The notes under the pieces: model-generated
What the model saw: only the letters and a program-made list of their open reading frames with translations
Database searches by the model: none
What the model was told of the DNA's origin: nothing
Assembly: GCA_963749495.1 (NCBI GenBank)
Contig: CAVVMW010000015.1
Coordinates: forward strand, 448,001-512,000
Direction of reading: 5' to 3'
Length of the DNA stretch: 64,000 nt
Source of the DNA: an uncultured bacterium
GTDB lineage: Bacteria > Verrucomicrobiota > Verrucomicrobiia > Limisphaerales > UBA8199
In this document: in pieces, positions 1-9,070 of the stretch
Layout: each line of letters starts with the position of its first letter
How positions within the stretch are numbered: the first letter of the stretch is position 1
Made by a program: the position numbers and the translations under genes

Positions 1-119
1 TACCAGCGGTCGAGCACTTCTCCCACTTCGACGGGTCGTCCTTCCCAATTGAACCGTCGCGGCATCTCGTCGGCTTTGGCCCCGGCGTAACATTCGACTT
101 GGACCGGGATAAGTCTCAT
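1..119 (-). CDS. Hypothetical protein, 5' part (runs off window start)
   Basis: Manual translation from ATG at 119: MRLIPVQVECYAGAKADEMPRRFNWEGRPVEVGEVLDRW..., open to position 1. Confidence 0.6.
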   Translation of the reverse strand, partial: MRLIPVQVECYAGAKADEMPRRFNWEGRPVEVGEVLDRW

Positions 120-249
120 TGCGAAACAACCTCACCAATGGCTCGCAGTGCCCGAATGGTTTCCGCCACCTTGTGGTAATGCGAATAAACCCCAGCCACG
201 TCCCGGCAGCAACCATCTCTCTCCATGAACCCGTGAGGAGACCCGCGAG

Positions 250-335
250 GTTTTGGACTGCCGCAGTCCTCTGCCGCTTTTCAGTCCCTGGTTCTGGGAA
301 CGCGAAAGCGGCAGAGGACTGCCGCAGTCCAAAAC
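250..335. repeat. REP-like palindrome family A, copy 1
   Basis: Arms GTTTTGGACTGCCGCAGTCCTCTGCCGCTTT (250-280) and AAAGCGGCAGAGGACTGCCGCAGTCCAAAAC (305-335); relatives at 26599 and 62348. Confidence 0.85.
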
Positions 336-504
336 GCTTCGCAGCCTCGGGGCCCCTGACCGGTTCATGGTCCCAATGCATTGGCAGAAGCCAAAGGGGG
401 CTCCCCATGAGGATCACTCCGCCGCCCAAGGCAGTCTCGATGGCCGTCAAAACGTTAAAGCCATCCAGCCATAGCTCCTGGCCGCGCAACTGAGCCAGCC
501 CAAC

Positions 505-1140
505 ATCGACCTTTGCTATCAGCACCGCGTTGATCCCAACACGCCGATCGAAGACACGGTCGGCGCCATGGCGGAGCTGGTTCATGAGGGCAAAGTGAGG
601 TTGCTGGGTCTGTCGGAAGCCGCTCCCTCAACCGTTCGCCGCGCCAGCAAAGTTCATCCTATCGCCGCACTGCAAACCGAATATTCGCTCTAGTCACGGG
701 ATCCCGAAGGCGAAATCCTGGGGACGTGCCGGCAATTGGGCATCGGTTTTGTCGCCTACAGCCCGCTGGGACGCGGCTTCCTCACGGGACGGTTCAAGAC
801 GCAGGAGGACATTCCCCCGGACGACTGGCGGCGTCATCATCCCCGGTTCGAGGGCGAAAACTTCAAGCGCAATCTGCACCTGGCGGAGACCGTGAGGCAA
901 ATCGCAGAGGAAATCGCCTGTACGCCCGCGCAGTTGGCCCTTGCCTGGGTGCTCGCTCAGGGCCAGGATATCGTCCCCATCCCCGGCACGAACCCCCCGC
1001 GCTATCTCGAAGAGAATATCGGGGCCTTGAATGTTCATCTGACCGATGAACAGCTTCGCCGCCTCGATGAGGCTTTCCCGGTGGGCGTGCCAGCCGGAGA
1101 GCGATACCCCGAGCAGGGGATGCAGACCCTCAATCGATAG
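505..1140 (+). pseudogene. Aldo/keto reductase, 5'-truncated, with internal stop
   Basis: [39 protein letters not shown]...LQTEYSL*SRDPE...[16 protein letters not shown] at 691-693 where the family has Trp; N-terminus missing. Confidence 0.85.
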
Positions 1141-1149
1141 CTATTCCGA

Positions 1150-1654
1150 CGTTGCGTTGCACGCGCCGCCATTGGCCGAGGGCCTGACCTGCCTCGACCT
1201 GGTGCGGATGACTCTGGACCGCTACCTCGCCGGGGCAAAGGGCTACCGGCCAGATCGGCTACGGCTGCACACCGACCGACGCGGACCTGATCCCGTGGAA
1301 AACGCCGTGGACTTCGCTGGACACCCTGCCCTCGTTGCTGATCCCGGCCTGCAATTACGCCAACGGGGCGCGTGACCGGAATTGGGCGCGCGCCAACTAC
1401 GACAAGCTGCTCGCGTGGGCCCGCGAGATGATGGCCGCCCACAAGGACGGCAACGGCCTCATCGAATACCCTGGCACCGGCAACTTCGGCGATCGGCCGC
1501 TGACCGACAAGCGCCCGTCGAACTGGTGGGACACGATCTCTACGAGAACGGCGGCGCGACCGGCTGCTGGAGCTACTACACCGTCAAGGCGCTTTACCGG
1601 CTCGGCCGCATCGAAGACGCGCGGCGCATCTTCCACCTGATGTTGGCAGGGTAG
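1150..1654 (+). pseudogene. Fragments of a glycoside hydrolase-like (alpha/alpha barrel) gene
   Basis: Pieces in different frames: DKLLAWAREMMAAHKDGNGLIEYPGTGN...SNWWDTI and YENGGATGCWSYYTVKALYRLG. Confidence 0.45.
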
Positions 1655-1659
1655 GCGCG

Positions 1660-1887
1660 GCAGGCGGCGTAGGCCAGGTCGATCGCCCGCTCCACGCCGT
1701 AACAGAACCCAAATTCCTTCGCCAGCTTGATCGTCAGGTCCCCGGCCGAGAGGATATGCCCGTTGGCGCGAATCCGCTCGACCAGGTCGCTCCGGTAATG
1801 CGAGAGCACCTGCGCCTGGACCGCCTCCATAATATCGGGGCGGCGCAGGTTCACCTTCTGTGGCACTGTTGGGGCTTCCGTTAACAT
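1660..1887 (-). pseudogene. ispH: IspH/LytB (HMBPP reductase), N-terminal fragment only
   Basis: ...IKLAKEFGFCYGVERAIDLAYAA, the conserved GFCxGVxRA Fe-S motif; similarity ends near 1660. Confidence 0.8.
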
Positions 1888-1994
1888 GCGCCACAAACTC
1901 TAACACAGCCCCCCGGCGCGTCCAGACCCATTTCATTTCATTTCATTTCGTTATTGCGCATCCCCGCCCCTATGGGATATTCAAGCCCCGGCGT

Positions 1995-2071
1995 CGGAGC
2001 GTAGCTCAGCCTGGTAGAGCACTTGGTTTGGGACCAAGACGTTGCAGGTTCAAATCCTGTCGCTCCGACCA
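1995..2071 (+). tRNA. tRNA-Pro(TGG)
   Basis: CGGAGCG acceptor stem, anticodon arm CTTGG-TTTGGGA-CCAAG, GGTTCAAATCC T-arm, encoded CCA. Confidence 0.97.
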
Positions 2072-2340
2072 TCCTTTCCACACCGGAAAACGCGGGCGAA
2101 AGTGAAGATTTGGCCGGCTGCGGGCAGGAGAATCCTGGGGAAGCCCCCCAAGGTTTCCCCAAACCAAACGCCAGATTTCCCGGAAACAAGGGGAAGTTTG
2201 CTTCGCCGTGGCGCCAGCGCAGGCCCAGAACGTCATCCCGCTGCCCGCCGCAGCCAACGTGTGAACCCCGCTGATTCCGGCAGGCGGGTGCAAGGGGCGG
2301 GAAACCCGGCGATTGACGGGTTGACATGGGTAACATAAAG

Positions 2341-2442
2341 ACAATCATCATTCTGCTTGGAGGCGGCAGCAAGCGACGGCAGGCGGCTGACATAATCGCC
2401 GCTGTGGAGCGATGGAAGCGGTACAAACAGACGAGAAAGTGA
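2341..2442 (+). pseudogene. RelE/HigB-type addiction-module toxin, C-terminal remnant
   Basis: TIIILLGGGSKRRQAADIIAAVERWKRYK, typical C-terminus of HI1419-like toxins; stops 1 bp before the antitoxin ATG. Confidence 0.7.
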
Positions 2443-2443
2443 A

Positions 2444-2767
2444 ATGGTAACAACACGAGACTACAGAGAGACGGTCATGGCACGCATAAAGCGCGACCGT
2501 GAATTTGCCCGGCTGTTCTACGCTGGCGCGGTTGAAATGCTTTTGGAAGGCGACACCGCGGGCGCGCTCTCCCGACTGCGCGATCTGGTTCATGCCCAAA
2601 TCACCTTCAAGGACCTGGCGCGGCAGACAGGCTTGGGTGAAAAGTCCCTTCACCGGATGCTCAACCGCAACGGCAACCCCACAGCACGGAACCTGGGAGT
2701 GATCGTCAAGAGCATCGCCGAAGACCTGGGCATCAAACCCCGCGTCGAAGTCGCAGCCTGCCATTGA
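2444..2767 (+). CDS. Addiction-module antidote (HTH antitoxin, HI1420-like)
   Basis: FKDLARQTGLGEKSLHRMLNRNGNPTARNL HTH signature; position directly after the toxin remnant. Confidence 0.8.
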   Translation: MVTTRDYRETVMARIKRDREFARLFYAGAVEMLLEGDTAGALSRLRDLVHAQITFKDLARQTGLGEKSLHRMLNRNGNPTARNLGVIVKSIAEDLGIKPRVEVAACH

Positions 2768-2800
2768 GCGCCACCACCCCACCGGCCGGGGACAGTCTGC

Positions 2801-3015
2801 GAGCGATTCCCCGAAGACTTCGTGTTCCAACTTTCTTCGCGAGAGTTCGCCGCCTTGAGGTTCCAATTTGGAACCTCAAACCGCCGTGGCGGGCCCCGCT
2901 ACCGGCCCTATGGGTTCACCCAAGAAGGAATCGCCATGCTCTCCAGCGTTCTGCAGAGCCCCCGCGCTGCCGCAGTGAACGTCGAGATCAGGCGCGCCTT
3001 TGGCCGTATGCGCCC
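2801..3015 (+). pseudogene. ORF6N-domain DNA-binding protein fragment
   Basis: [12 protein letters not shown]...[34 protein letters not shown]. Confidence 0.8.
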
Positions 3016-3091
3016 GAGTAACTGCTCGGGTCGGATCGTGGGGAGGGTCCGCTATCGGAGGTTCTTTGCCGAGGCGCCGCGCTCGGAATCG

Positions 3092-3157
3092 AACAGGAGG
3101 AAACGGAGAGAACAGAGAGCTTCTTTCCGGTCTCCGTTTCCTCTGTTTGCTCCTGTT
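3092..3157. repeat. Inverted pair of 9-mer triplet repeats (AACAGGAGG... / ...CTCCTGTT)
   Basis: AACAGGAGGAAACGGAGAGAACAGAG and CTCCGTTTCCTCTGTTTGCTCCTGTT; related arm at 3286-3311. Confidence 0.75.
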
Positions 3158-3176
3158 GAATATCTTCGGCAGGGTT

Positions 3177-3278
3177 TCACAGGTTGGCTCCTGGCAAAAT
3201 CAGCCGGCTGATGCCATCAGTCACTTTCATTTCGTGAAAGTTGATCAGCAGGCCGAGCGGCACATCCAGCAGTTTCAT
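3177..3278 (-). pseudogene. GxxExxY-family protein, C-terminal remnant
   Basis: [28 protein letters not shown], the YxKxxxxxxGLLINF C-terminal motif of the family. Confidence 0.75.
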
Positions 3279-3540
3279 CAGGTTAAACAGGAGGCAACAA
3301 AGGCAACAGAGAAAAATCGTGGCTGCCCAGTAGTGGGGCGGGCATCTCAATCCGATGCCACGGACGCGGGCGAAATGCCCAACCCAGCTACCTAAACAGT
3401 TGCGCGCCGGATGCTGCTGTGCGTGCACGAACGCCGGCGCACTGCCCGCCATCAAACTCAACTGCGGGCGCCTCGTCCGTTACCATTGGCCGACCGTGGA
3501 GGCGGCGCTCCTCCGTCAGCAGCGCCGGGGCGGCGGCCGC

Positions 3541-4221
3541 GCCACGGCTGGCAGCTTCTTGCGGCGCGAGTGGTTCGGGGTGGTCGAGGCGGCGCCCAGG
3601 GAGCTTGCCGGGCGCGGCCGTTACTGGGACAGGGCCGCGACGGAGAAGCGCAGCGACAACGACCCGGACGCCACGGTGGGGCTGCTGCTCTCCAAGGACG
3701 CCCAAGGCATCTACTTCATTGAGGACGTGCGCAAGATGTTCGCCAGCCCGAACCAGGTTGACCGAGCGATGCGGTCGTGCGCGAAGCAGGACGGGGCCGG
3801 GACCGACGTGGGCTACATGCAGGACCCTGGAAGCGCGGGCGTCAACGAAGCGCAAGCGACGGCGCGGGCATTGGACGGGTTCAACGTCCGGTTCGCCCCG
3901 GCCACCGGCGGCAAGGAGACCCGACCCAAACTCCTGTCCGCCCAGGCCGAGGCGGGCAACGTCAAAATTGTCCGGGCACCGTGGAACGACGAGTTCCTGC
4001 GGGCGCTGGAGAACTTCCTGGCCGGCAACCATGATGATGAGGTTGACGCGTTCTCCGGCGCGCACGAGACCATCTGCCGATTGTTTGGCGGGAACGGGCA
4101 GTGGCGTATCGTGGACCAGGATGAGGACAGCGAGGACCCGGAGCGAGACGACCCGGAGTACGCGCCTTACGATCTCGAATCCATGGCTGGCCGACGGTCT
4201 AGCGAGAGAATCGGCTTCTAG
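3541..4221 (+). pseudogene. Phage terminase large subunit, C-terminal nuclease domain only
   Basis: RYWDRAAT...DATVG...QDPGSAG...KETR...AEAGNV...HDDEVDAFSGA; ATPase domain absent; preceded by an excisionase-like scrap (LPAIKLNCGRLVRYHWPTVEAAL). Confidence 0.75.
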
Positions 4222-4351
4222 GGCTTGACCTAGCCCGCATATTTCATAGTTGATCGCGAAATTTGGCATGAAATCGCCATGGTGGGCCGGATTTACCGGG
4301 CCTGGACCACTGGCAGGATGGCGGGTGGGTTACCGACAGGGTGTCGAACGC

Positions 4352-4573
4352 TCAGCCGACTGCCAAAGCGCGGGGACGAGCGCGCGGCGGCGGGGCGTGC
4401 GGGCGCACCAAATATAGTTCGCTTCGGTTCAAAAGCTCCCACTCGACCTGCTCTCCCGGCTCCAGCCCAATGGCGGCGGCCAGGGGGATCGGAAAATACA
4501 CATAGAGCTTGGGGGTCTGCCCCTTGGAACGGATTGCCTGCACTTTGAGTGAATATTTTACTTGCTTTTTCAT
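4352..4573 (-). CDS. Small AbrB/SpoVT-like DNA-binding protein inside the IS
   Basis: KVQAIRSKGQTPKLYVYFPIPLAAAIGLEPGEQVEWEL swapped-hairpin pattern. Confidence 0.6.
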   Translation of the reverse strand: MKKQVKYSLKVQAIRSKGQTPKLYVYFPIPLAAAIGLEPGEQVEWELLNRSELYLVRPHAPPPRARPRALAVG

Positions 4574-4595
4574 ATCTAGCCTATAGACTAACTAC

Positions 4596-6044
4596 ATGTG
4601 CGTTGCCAATCAAGCAATTCTCTTTGATGACTTGGGTCCTCGCCGTGTGCAAGCCGATTTCTCCGGCGGCGCCCTCTCCAGTGATGCCGGCGCGCTGCTG
4701 CTGCGCCAGGTCGACACTAACCTCGGGGTGACGGCGGAACTGGCGCAATGTTTTTACGACCTGCGTGACCCCGACTGGGTAGACCATTCGGTGCAGGAAC
4801 TCCTGCGCCAGCGCATCTTCGGAACGGCCCTGGGCTACGAAGACATTGAGGATCACCAGCGCCTGCGCTTGGACCCGCTGCTGGCTGCCGCCTGCGGCAA
4901 GACCGATCCGCTGGGACAAGACAGGGTGCTGCCGCAGCACCGGGGCATCGCGCTGGCGGCGCCCTCCACACTCAACCGGCTGGAATTATCCAATAACAAA
5001 GACACGCGCTGCCACAAACTGCCGCACGCCCCAGCCAAGGTGGAAGCCTGCCTGCTGAAAATGGGGGTGCGCTGTCTGCCCAAACGCGCCAAGGAGATCG
5101 TGGTGGATTTGGACGCAATGGGCCATCGGTTGCACGGATTTCAGGAGGGGCGGCACTTCAACGCCTACTATGACGACTATTGTTATCTGCCGCTCTATGC
5201 CTTTGTCGGGGACTTCCCGCTATGGGCGCAACTGCGCACCGCCGAGCACGAGGCAGCCCACGGAGCGGTGCCCGCGCTGGAGAAGATAGTGGCCGCGATT
5301 CGCAAGCGTTGCCCCAAGGCGCGGATTATTGTGCGCGGGGACAGCGGTTTTGGCCGGCAGGAGATTATGGCTTGGTGCGAGAGCCAGCGGGGGATTTACT
5401 ATTGCCTGGGCTTGGCCAAGAACTCGGTGTTAATTGAGAAGCTGGGGCCGGCCCTGGCTCAAGCCCGGGCCCGTCACTGTCTGACCGGTGCGGCCAGCGT
5501 GCGCCAGTTCGCTGAGTTTCAATACCGGACGCTCGACAGTTGGAGTCGGGAGCGCCGGGTGATCGGCAAAGCCGAAGTGATGAACGCAGGGGAAAACCCA
5601 CGGTTTGTGGTGACCAATCTGCCTGCCGAAGGCTTCAAGAACGATGAGGATGAGGATGAGCAACAGAGCCGCTTCAGTCCGGCCCGGCTTTATGAGGAAC
5701 TGTACTGCGCCCGGGGCGATATGGAAAACCTGCTCAAGCAGCAAGTGCTGGATTTACACGCCGACCGGATGAGCACGCATTATATGGCCAGCAATCAGTT
5801 TCGATTGTGGGAGGCCATGTTTGCTTACCTGTTGATGGAGCGCTTGCGCACGCAGGGCTTGGCGGGAACGGAGTTGGAGCGGGCGACGGCTGGGAGCCTG
5901 CGTGTGAAGCTGCTGAAAATCGCGGCCCAGGTGCGCGTGAGCGTGCGCCGGGTCTATGTGCAGATGTGCAGCGCCTATCCCTTGCAAGCGCTGTTTCGGC
6001 GGTGCCACCGGCGGCTGATGGCGTTGGCGCCGGCCCCGGGCTAA
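4596..6044 (+). CDS. IS1380-family transposase (DDE_Tnp_1_4)
   Basis: FSGGALSSDAGALLL, LGYEDIEDH, VRGDSGF, NPRFVVTNL, YCARGDMEN motifs. Confidence 0.95.
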   Translation: MCVANQAILFDDLGPRRVQADFSGGALSSDAGALLLRQVDTNLGVTAELAQCFYDLRDPDWVDHSVQELLRQRIFGTALGYEDIEDHQRLRLDPLLAAACGKTDPLGQDRVLPQHRGIALAAPSTLNRLELSNNKDTRCHKLPHAPAKVEACLLKMGVRCLPKRAKEIVVDLDAMGHRLHGFQEGRHFNAYYDDYCYLPLYAFVGDFPLWAQLRTAEHEAAHGAVPALEKIVAAIRKRCPKARIIVRGDSGFGRQEIMAWCESQRGIYYCLGLAKNSVLIEKLGPALAQARARHCLTGAASVRQFAEFQYRTLDSWSRERRVIGKAEVMNAGENPRFVVTNLPAEGFKNDEDEDEQQSRFSPARLYEELYCARGDMENLLKQQVLDLHADRMSTHYMASNQFRLWEAMFAYLLMERLRTQGLAGTELERATAGSLRVKLLKIAAQVRVSVRRVYVQMCSAYPLQALFRRCHRRLMALAPAPG

Positions 6045-6239
6045 GTGCAGAAAAATGGGGTCGATGTTTCAAGAGTCACGGGAGGGGTGTTTTCAGCGGC
6101 AGCCTTTTTGTTTGACTAAAGACTCCGTTGCGCCCTGATCAGTGCCCAGACGGAAAAAACTGCGCCGCCCAGCCCGATTTGTCTCCAAAAAATCCTCCGA
6201 AACGCGAAAAGCCGGGTGGGCTATGAAATATGCGGGTTA

Positions 6240-6314
6240 GGTAGGGCGGGCAGTCCTCTGCGCGCCGCTCGCCCGGTCACACCGGACGGCGCGCACGGAG
6301 TGACGCGCCCTACC
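6240..6314. repeat. GTAG-type REP palindrome
   Basis: GGTAGGGCG...CGCGCCG / CGGCGCG...CGCCCTACC directly beside the IS right end. Confidence 0.7.
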
Positions 6315-6362
6315 CACCCGTAACCTGCGGGGCTTGACCCGCAAGCCCACCTGAATAGTTAC

Positions 6363-6514
6363 CAAAGCCGCTCAGCGATCCTGGCAGGGGATTGGCCGGG
6401 ATTGGGGCAGCAGCGTTTCATTGCGGTTGCATCGGCATAGATAAAATCACGGAAGGGAAGAGACAACGCCTGCCTTGGTCTCTTCAACGGGGGTTACTTT
6501 TTTGTCCGGCACCC
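6363..6514. repeat. About 150-bp dispersed repeat, copy 1 (inverted copy at 41059-41208)
   Basis: Manual alignment to reverse complement of 41059-41208, e.g. ACAACGCCTGCCTTGGTCTCTTCAACGG is identical. Confidence 0.85.
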
Positions 6515-7195
6515 CCGCTCCGGCTGAAGTCCGGCACGCCGGGCTGACGGCGGGAAGCGCCCGCGCCGGTATGCCCCCGCCCCTGCCCCCGTTCCGGGGC
6601 GCGCGCGCGCGCCGTCTCGCCCTATAAGCCGCCGGGCGCCCGCCCCGGCACCCCCCCCCCTTTGCCACCCCCGCCCTTCAAACCCCATGGCGAGCCGATT
6701 GCGCCCCAAGACGAGGCCGAATTGGCCCTTGTGCCGAACCGCCAGGCTCCCCGCCCCGCCATCTCGCCGCCCCCCGTTCATGAAAGCTCGCCACAGGCCA
6801 AGCCAGAGGAACGTTTTTCGACACGCTGGCCCGTTTTCCGGGTCTGACCACTGGGCGCAATTTGACGTGGTCCTGTGCGCTGGCTACCCGCCCTGCAACG
6901 ATTCGACCGGAACGGAGCGGACTGGCGCTGCGGCCCGCCCGGGGGGCGGATCGGCGAGGCCCGTCCGCCGGCCCTGGCCCGCTGCGGCCCGCATCCGCCC
7001 CGAGGCCGTCCGAATCCCCGCAGATCGCGCCCCGGGGTCTCCAGGCGGCCCTGTTCGGCTCCTGTGGCCTCCCCTTGCGCCATTGCGACTGTACCAACTT
7101 TCAAGCTTCTTATTGACATTCTACGCCAGCGGACACATGGTTAAGCAAGCTGCCAAGCCGCCAGGCCAGCGGAGAGGCAGCCAAACAAAACGACA

Positions 7196-7411
7196 ATGAA
7201 CAAGTCGCCACAGCGACGGAAGAAGCCGCCCCAAGCCACCAAAAAGCCTTTAATTTATCCCGATGAAACAACGGGGAGCAAACTGGCTGCGGAAATGCGG
7301 AAGGAGGCTAACAAGCTGACTTCCGAGCAGAAAAGTCGTTACTTTTGCAAGGCGATGGCGCTGATTTATGCCGGAGACGGGGCAAAAGAGGCCGCTGGCG
7401 TTAGACACTAA
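7196..7411 (+). CDS. Putative antitoxin
   Basis: Small basic ORF overlapping the PIN gene; TTGACA promoter element at 7113. Confidence 0.6.
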   Translation: MNKSPQRRKKPPQATKKPLIYPDETTGSKLAAEMRKEANKLTSEQKSRYFCKAMALIYAGDGAKEAAGVRH

Positions 7412-7871
7412 TATCCTCTTCGATTTGGCCGAAGAGGAGCAGGTCACCCAAGCTTTTAGAGAGTTTTTCCAGGCGCGGGGCTTTGTGTTTTACCTTCCGC
7501 CGACGGTTTCAGCGGAACTTGCCTTCTTCGCTGAACATGCAGACGAGCGAAAACGCTCGCTTGCGCGCAAGGCCCTTTCTGGGATCCTGAAATGGGGTTT
7601 GATACCTTACCCAATGAAGCCAGTGTGGCAGGACATTGCTGTCCGGTTCTCTGAGCGGCTACGGGAAAAAGGGCTGCTGCCTCCCGACGAAAAGCACGAC
7701 GGAGAGATCCTGGCAGAAACTTCTTTGATGGGCATCCCCGTTCTCGTAACGCGGGACAGCGACCTCCTTGACATTGACCAAACCAGTCTCGTGGTGGCTT
7801 TTCACGAGGCGGATCTTGTTCCGGTTCAGGCCGCACACCCCATGCGCCTCCTCCGAGCCCTCAGCCGCTAA
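7368..7871 (+). CDS. PIN-domain (VapC-like) toxin
   Basis: ALDTNILF...E...DGEILAE...LVTRDSDL acidic tetrad. Confidence 0.85.
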   Translation: MPETGQKRPLALDTNILFDLAEEEQVTQAFREFFQARGFVFYLPPTVSAELAFFAEHADERKRSLARKALSGILKWGLIPYPMKPVWQDIAVRFSERLREKGLLPPDEKHDGEILAETSLMGIPVLVTRDSDLLDIDQTSLVVAFHEADLVPVQAAHPMRLLRALSR

Positions 7872-8103
7872 CCGGCTCCCAGGGACCGGAATTCTCGGAG
7901 TGCTTTGCAATTCACCGCTCGCCGCGTTGCCCTGGCGGGCCTGGCACGGGGGGACGGGGCCGGGGAGCCTCCAAAACCATGGCGGATCGGGCGTCCCGCG
8001 CGCCTTGGGGCAGCGTGGGGGCCAGCGGCCCGACTCTTGACTGCTTTGAGGGTTGAAGGCCCTTCAAGGGAGGCTTGGCAGGACCCTCGACGTTTCAGGG
8101 AGC

Positions 8104-8138
8104 TTGACCAGTTCCGGGCGGAATGGGATGATCCCATT
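8104..8138 (+). promoter_or_regulatory. Promoter with palindromic operator for a TA module
   Basis: TTGACC at 8104; palindrome AATGGGA-TGA-TCCCATT (8122-8138) abutting the ATG. Confidence 0.55.
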
Positions 8139-8378
8139 ATGAAGCTGACAGCAGATAGTCGAGGCCGGTTGGCATGCATGGACCTGTTCCCTCCGTTCAG
8201 GTCATTTTCAGCAGAGCGGCAGCCGGACGGCAGCATTCGCCTGGTTGAACTGGTCGACAAGCAGGTAACGGTTGTCAGGCCTTTCCGGGTAAACGGAAAG
8301 CTGCGCTGGCCTGAAGGCTTTCGTCCCAGCCGGGTCACGATTGCGGCGGCCGTCCGGGCGGACAGGGACAGCCGATGA
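8139..8378 (+). CDS. AbrB/MazE-like antitoxin
   Basis: MKLTADSRGRL...ERQPDGSIRLVEL; ATGA overlap with PIN remnant. Confidence 0.65.
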   Translation: MKLTADSRGRLACMDLFPPFRSFSAERQPDGSIRLVELVDKQVTVVRPFRVNGKLRWPEGFRPSRVTIAAAVRADRDSR

Positions 8379-8518
8379 AACGCTACTGGGACAGTTCGGC
8401 CTTGCTGGACGTGCTGGAGGACAGCCGCATCGAGCGGCGTTCCCAGGAGCCAGATGAGTTGCTGACGGACAATTCTTCCGATATAGAAGGGCGGGCGCAT
8501 CCCGGTTCCCAAGGCTGA
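8375..8518 (+). pseudogene. PIN toxin with internal deletion
   Basis: MKRYWDSSALL (PIN N-terminus) joined to ELLTDNSSD (PIN C-terminus) in only 47 aa. Confidence 0.6.
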
Positions 8519-8719
8519 TCCCAAGCTCCGTTCCATCATGCTTGCTGGGCGCGGGCGGCCATCTCGGCGAAAGATTGCCCGACGCCGGTCGTGATCGCGG
8601 ACACGATAGCCGGGATGAGGCTTTCGACCGCGTGCAGGGGCTGCGGCGGCTGCCCTATTAGCCCCTGGCCTCTGCCGCCTATTCCGTCGCGCTCCCTTTG
8701 GCCCGGCCCGGCTGCCGAA

Positions 8720-8947
8720 TCAGGCCGTCGTTTTTTCAGGCGCTTCCGGGGCGGAGTCGGGGTAGGCGAATTTCAGCAGCAGGGGCGCTCCTCTAACCAG
8801 ATACACCCCGATCAGGACACCCGCAATCTCGGCAACCAGCCTTAAGGTGTCTGGCGAAGGGCACCTCACAAACGTGCGCACGGTATAAGCGATGCCCAGG
8901 ACACCAATGATCCGGAGCACTAACCCGAATTGTTCTCTTGGTTTCAT
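8720..8947 (-). CDS. Small membrane protein (2 TM)
   Basis: 75-aa ORF with two hydrophobic segments. Confidence 0.6.
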   Translation of the reverse strand: MKPREQFGLVLRIIGVLGIAYTVRTFVRCPSPDTLRLVAEIAGVLIGVYLVRGAPLLLKFAYPDSAPEAPEKTTA

Positions 8948-9070
8948 TTCTGACCTTTCTGTCCGTTGTTGCAGTCATCACCCGGCCGCCCACAAAGCAA
9001 AGGCCCTGGGCAAGCGTGACCGGGTGTGTTTGTGTATGTGGGCCGCAGGATAGCCCGCTGGCCCCGCCTG

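Larger units (their letters stand above)
4234..6236 (+). mobile_element. IS1380-family insertion sequence
   Basis: Perfect 16-bp terminal IR CCCGCATATTTCATAG (4234-4249 and 6221-6236); flanks CTAG/TTAG; contains transposase. Confidence 0.9.

Noticed and set aside
691..693. In-frame TAG as pyrrolysine or readthrough
   Set aside because: It is a TGG-to-TAG change at a conserved Trp in an already truncated gene; TAG is used as a normal stop elsewhere; no pyl genes seen.
3092..3311. Bona fide integron
   Set aside because: No IntI integrase or cassette array; only the AAC/GTT ends resemble attC.
6520..7100. ORFs in the GC-rich tract before the PIN module
   Set aside because: Low-complexity Pro/Arg/Ala translations in all frames; no supportable call.
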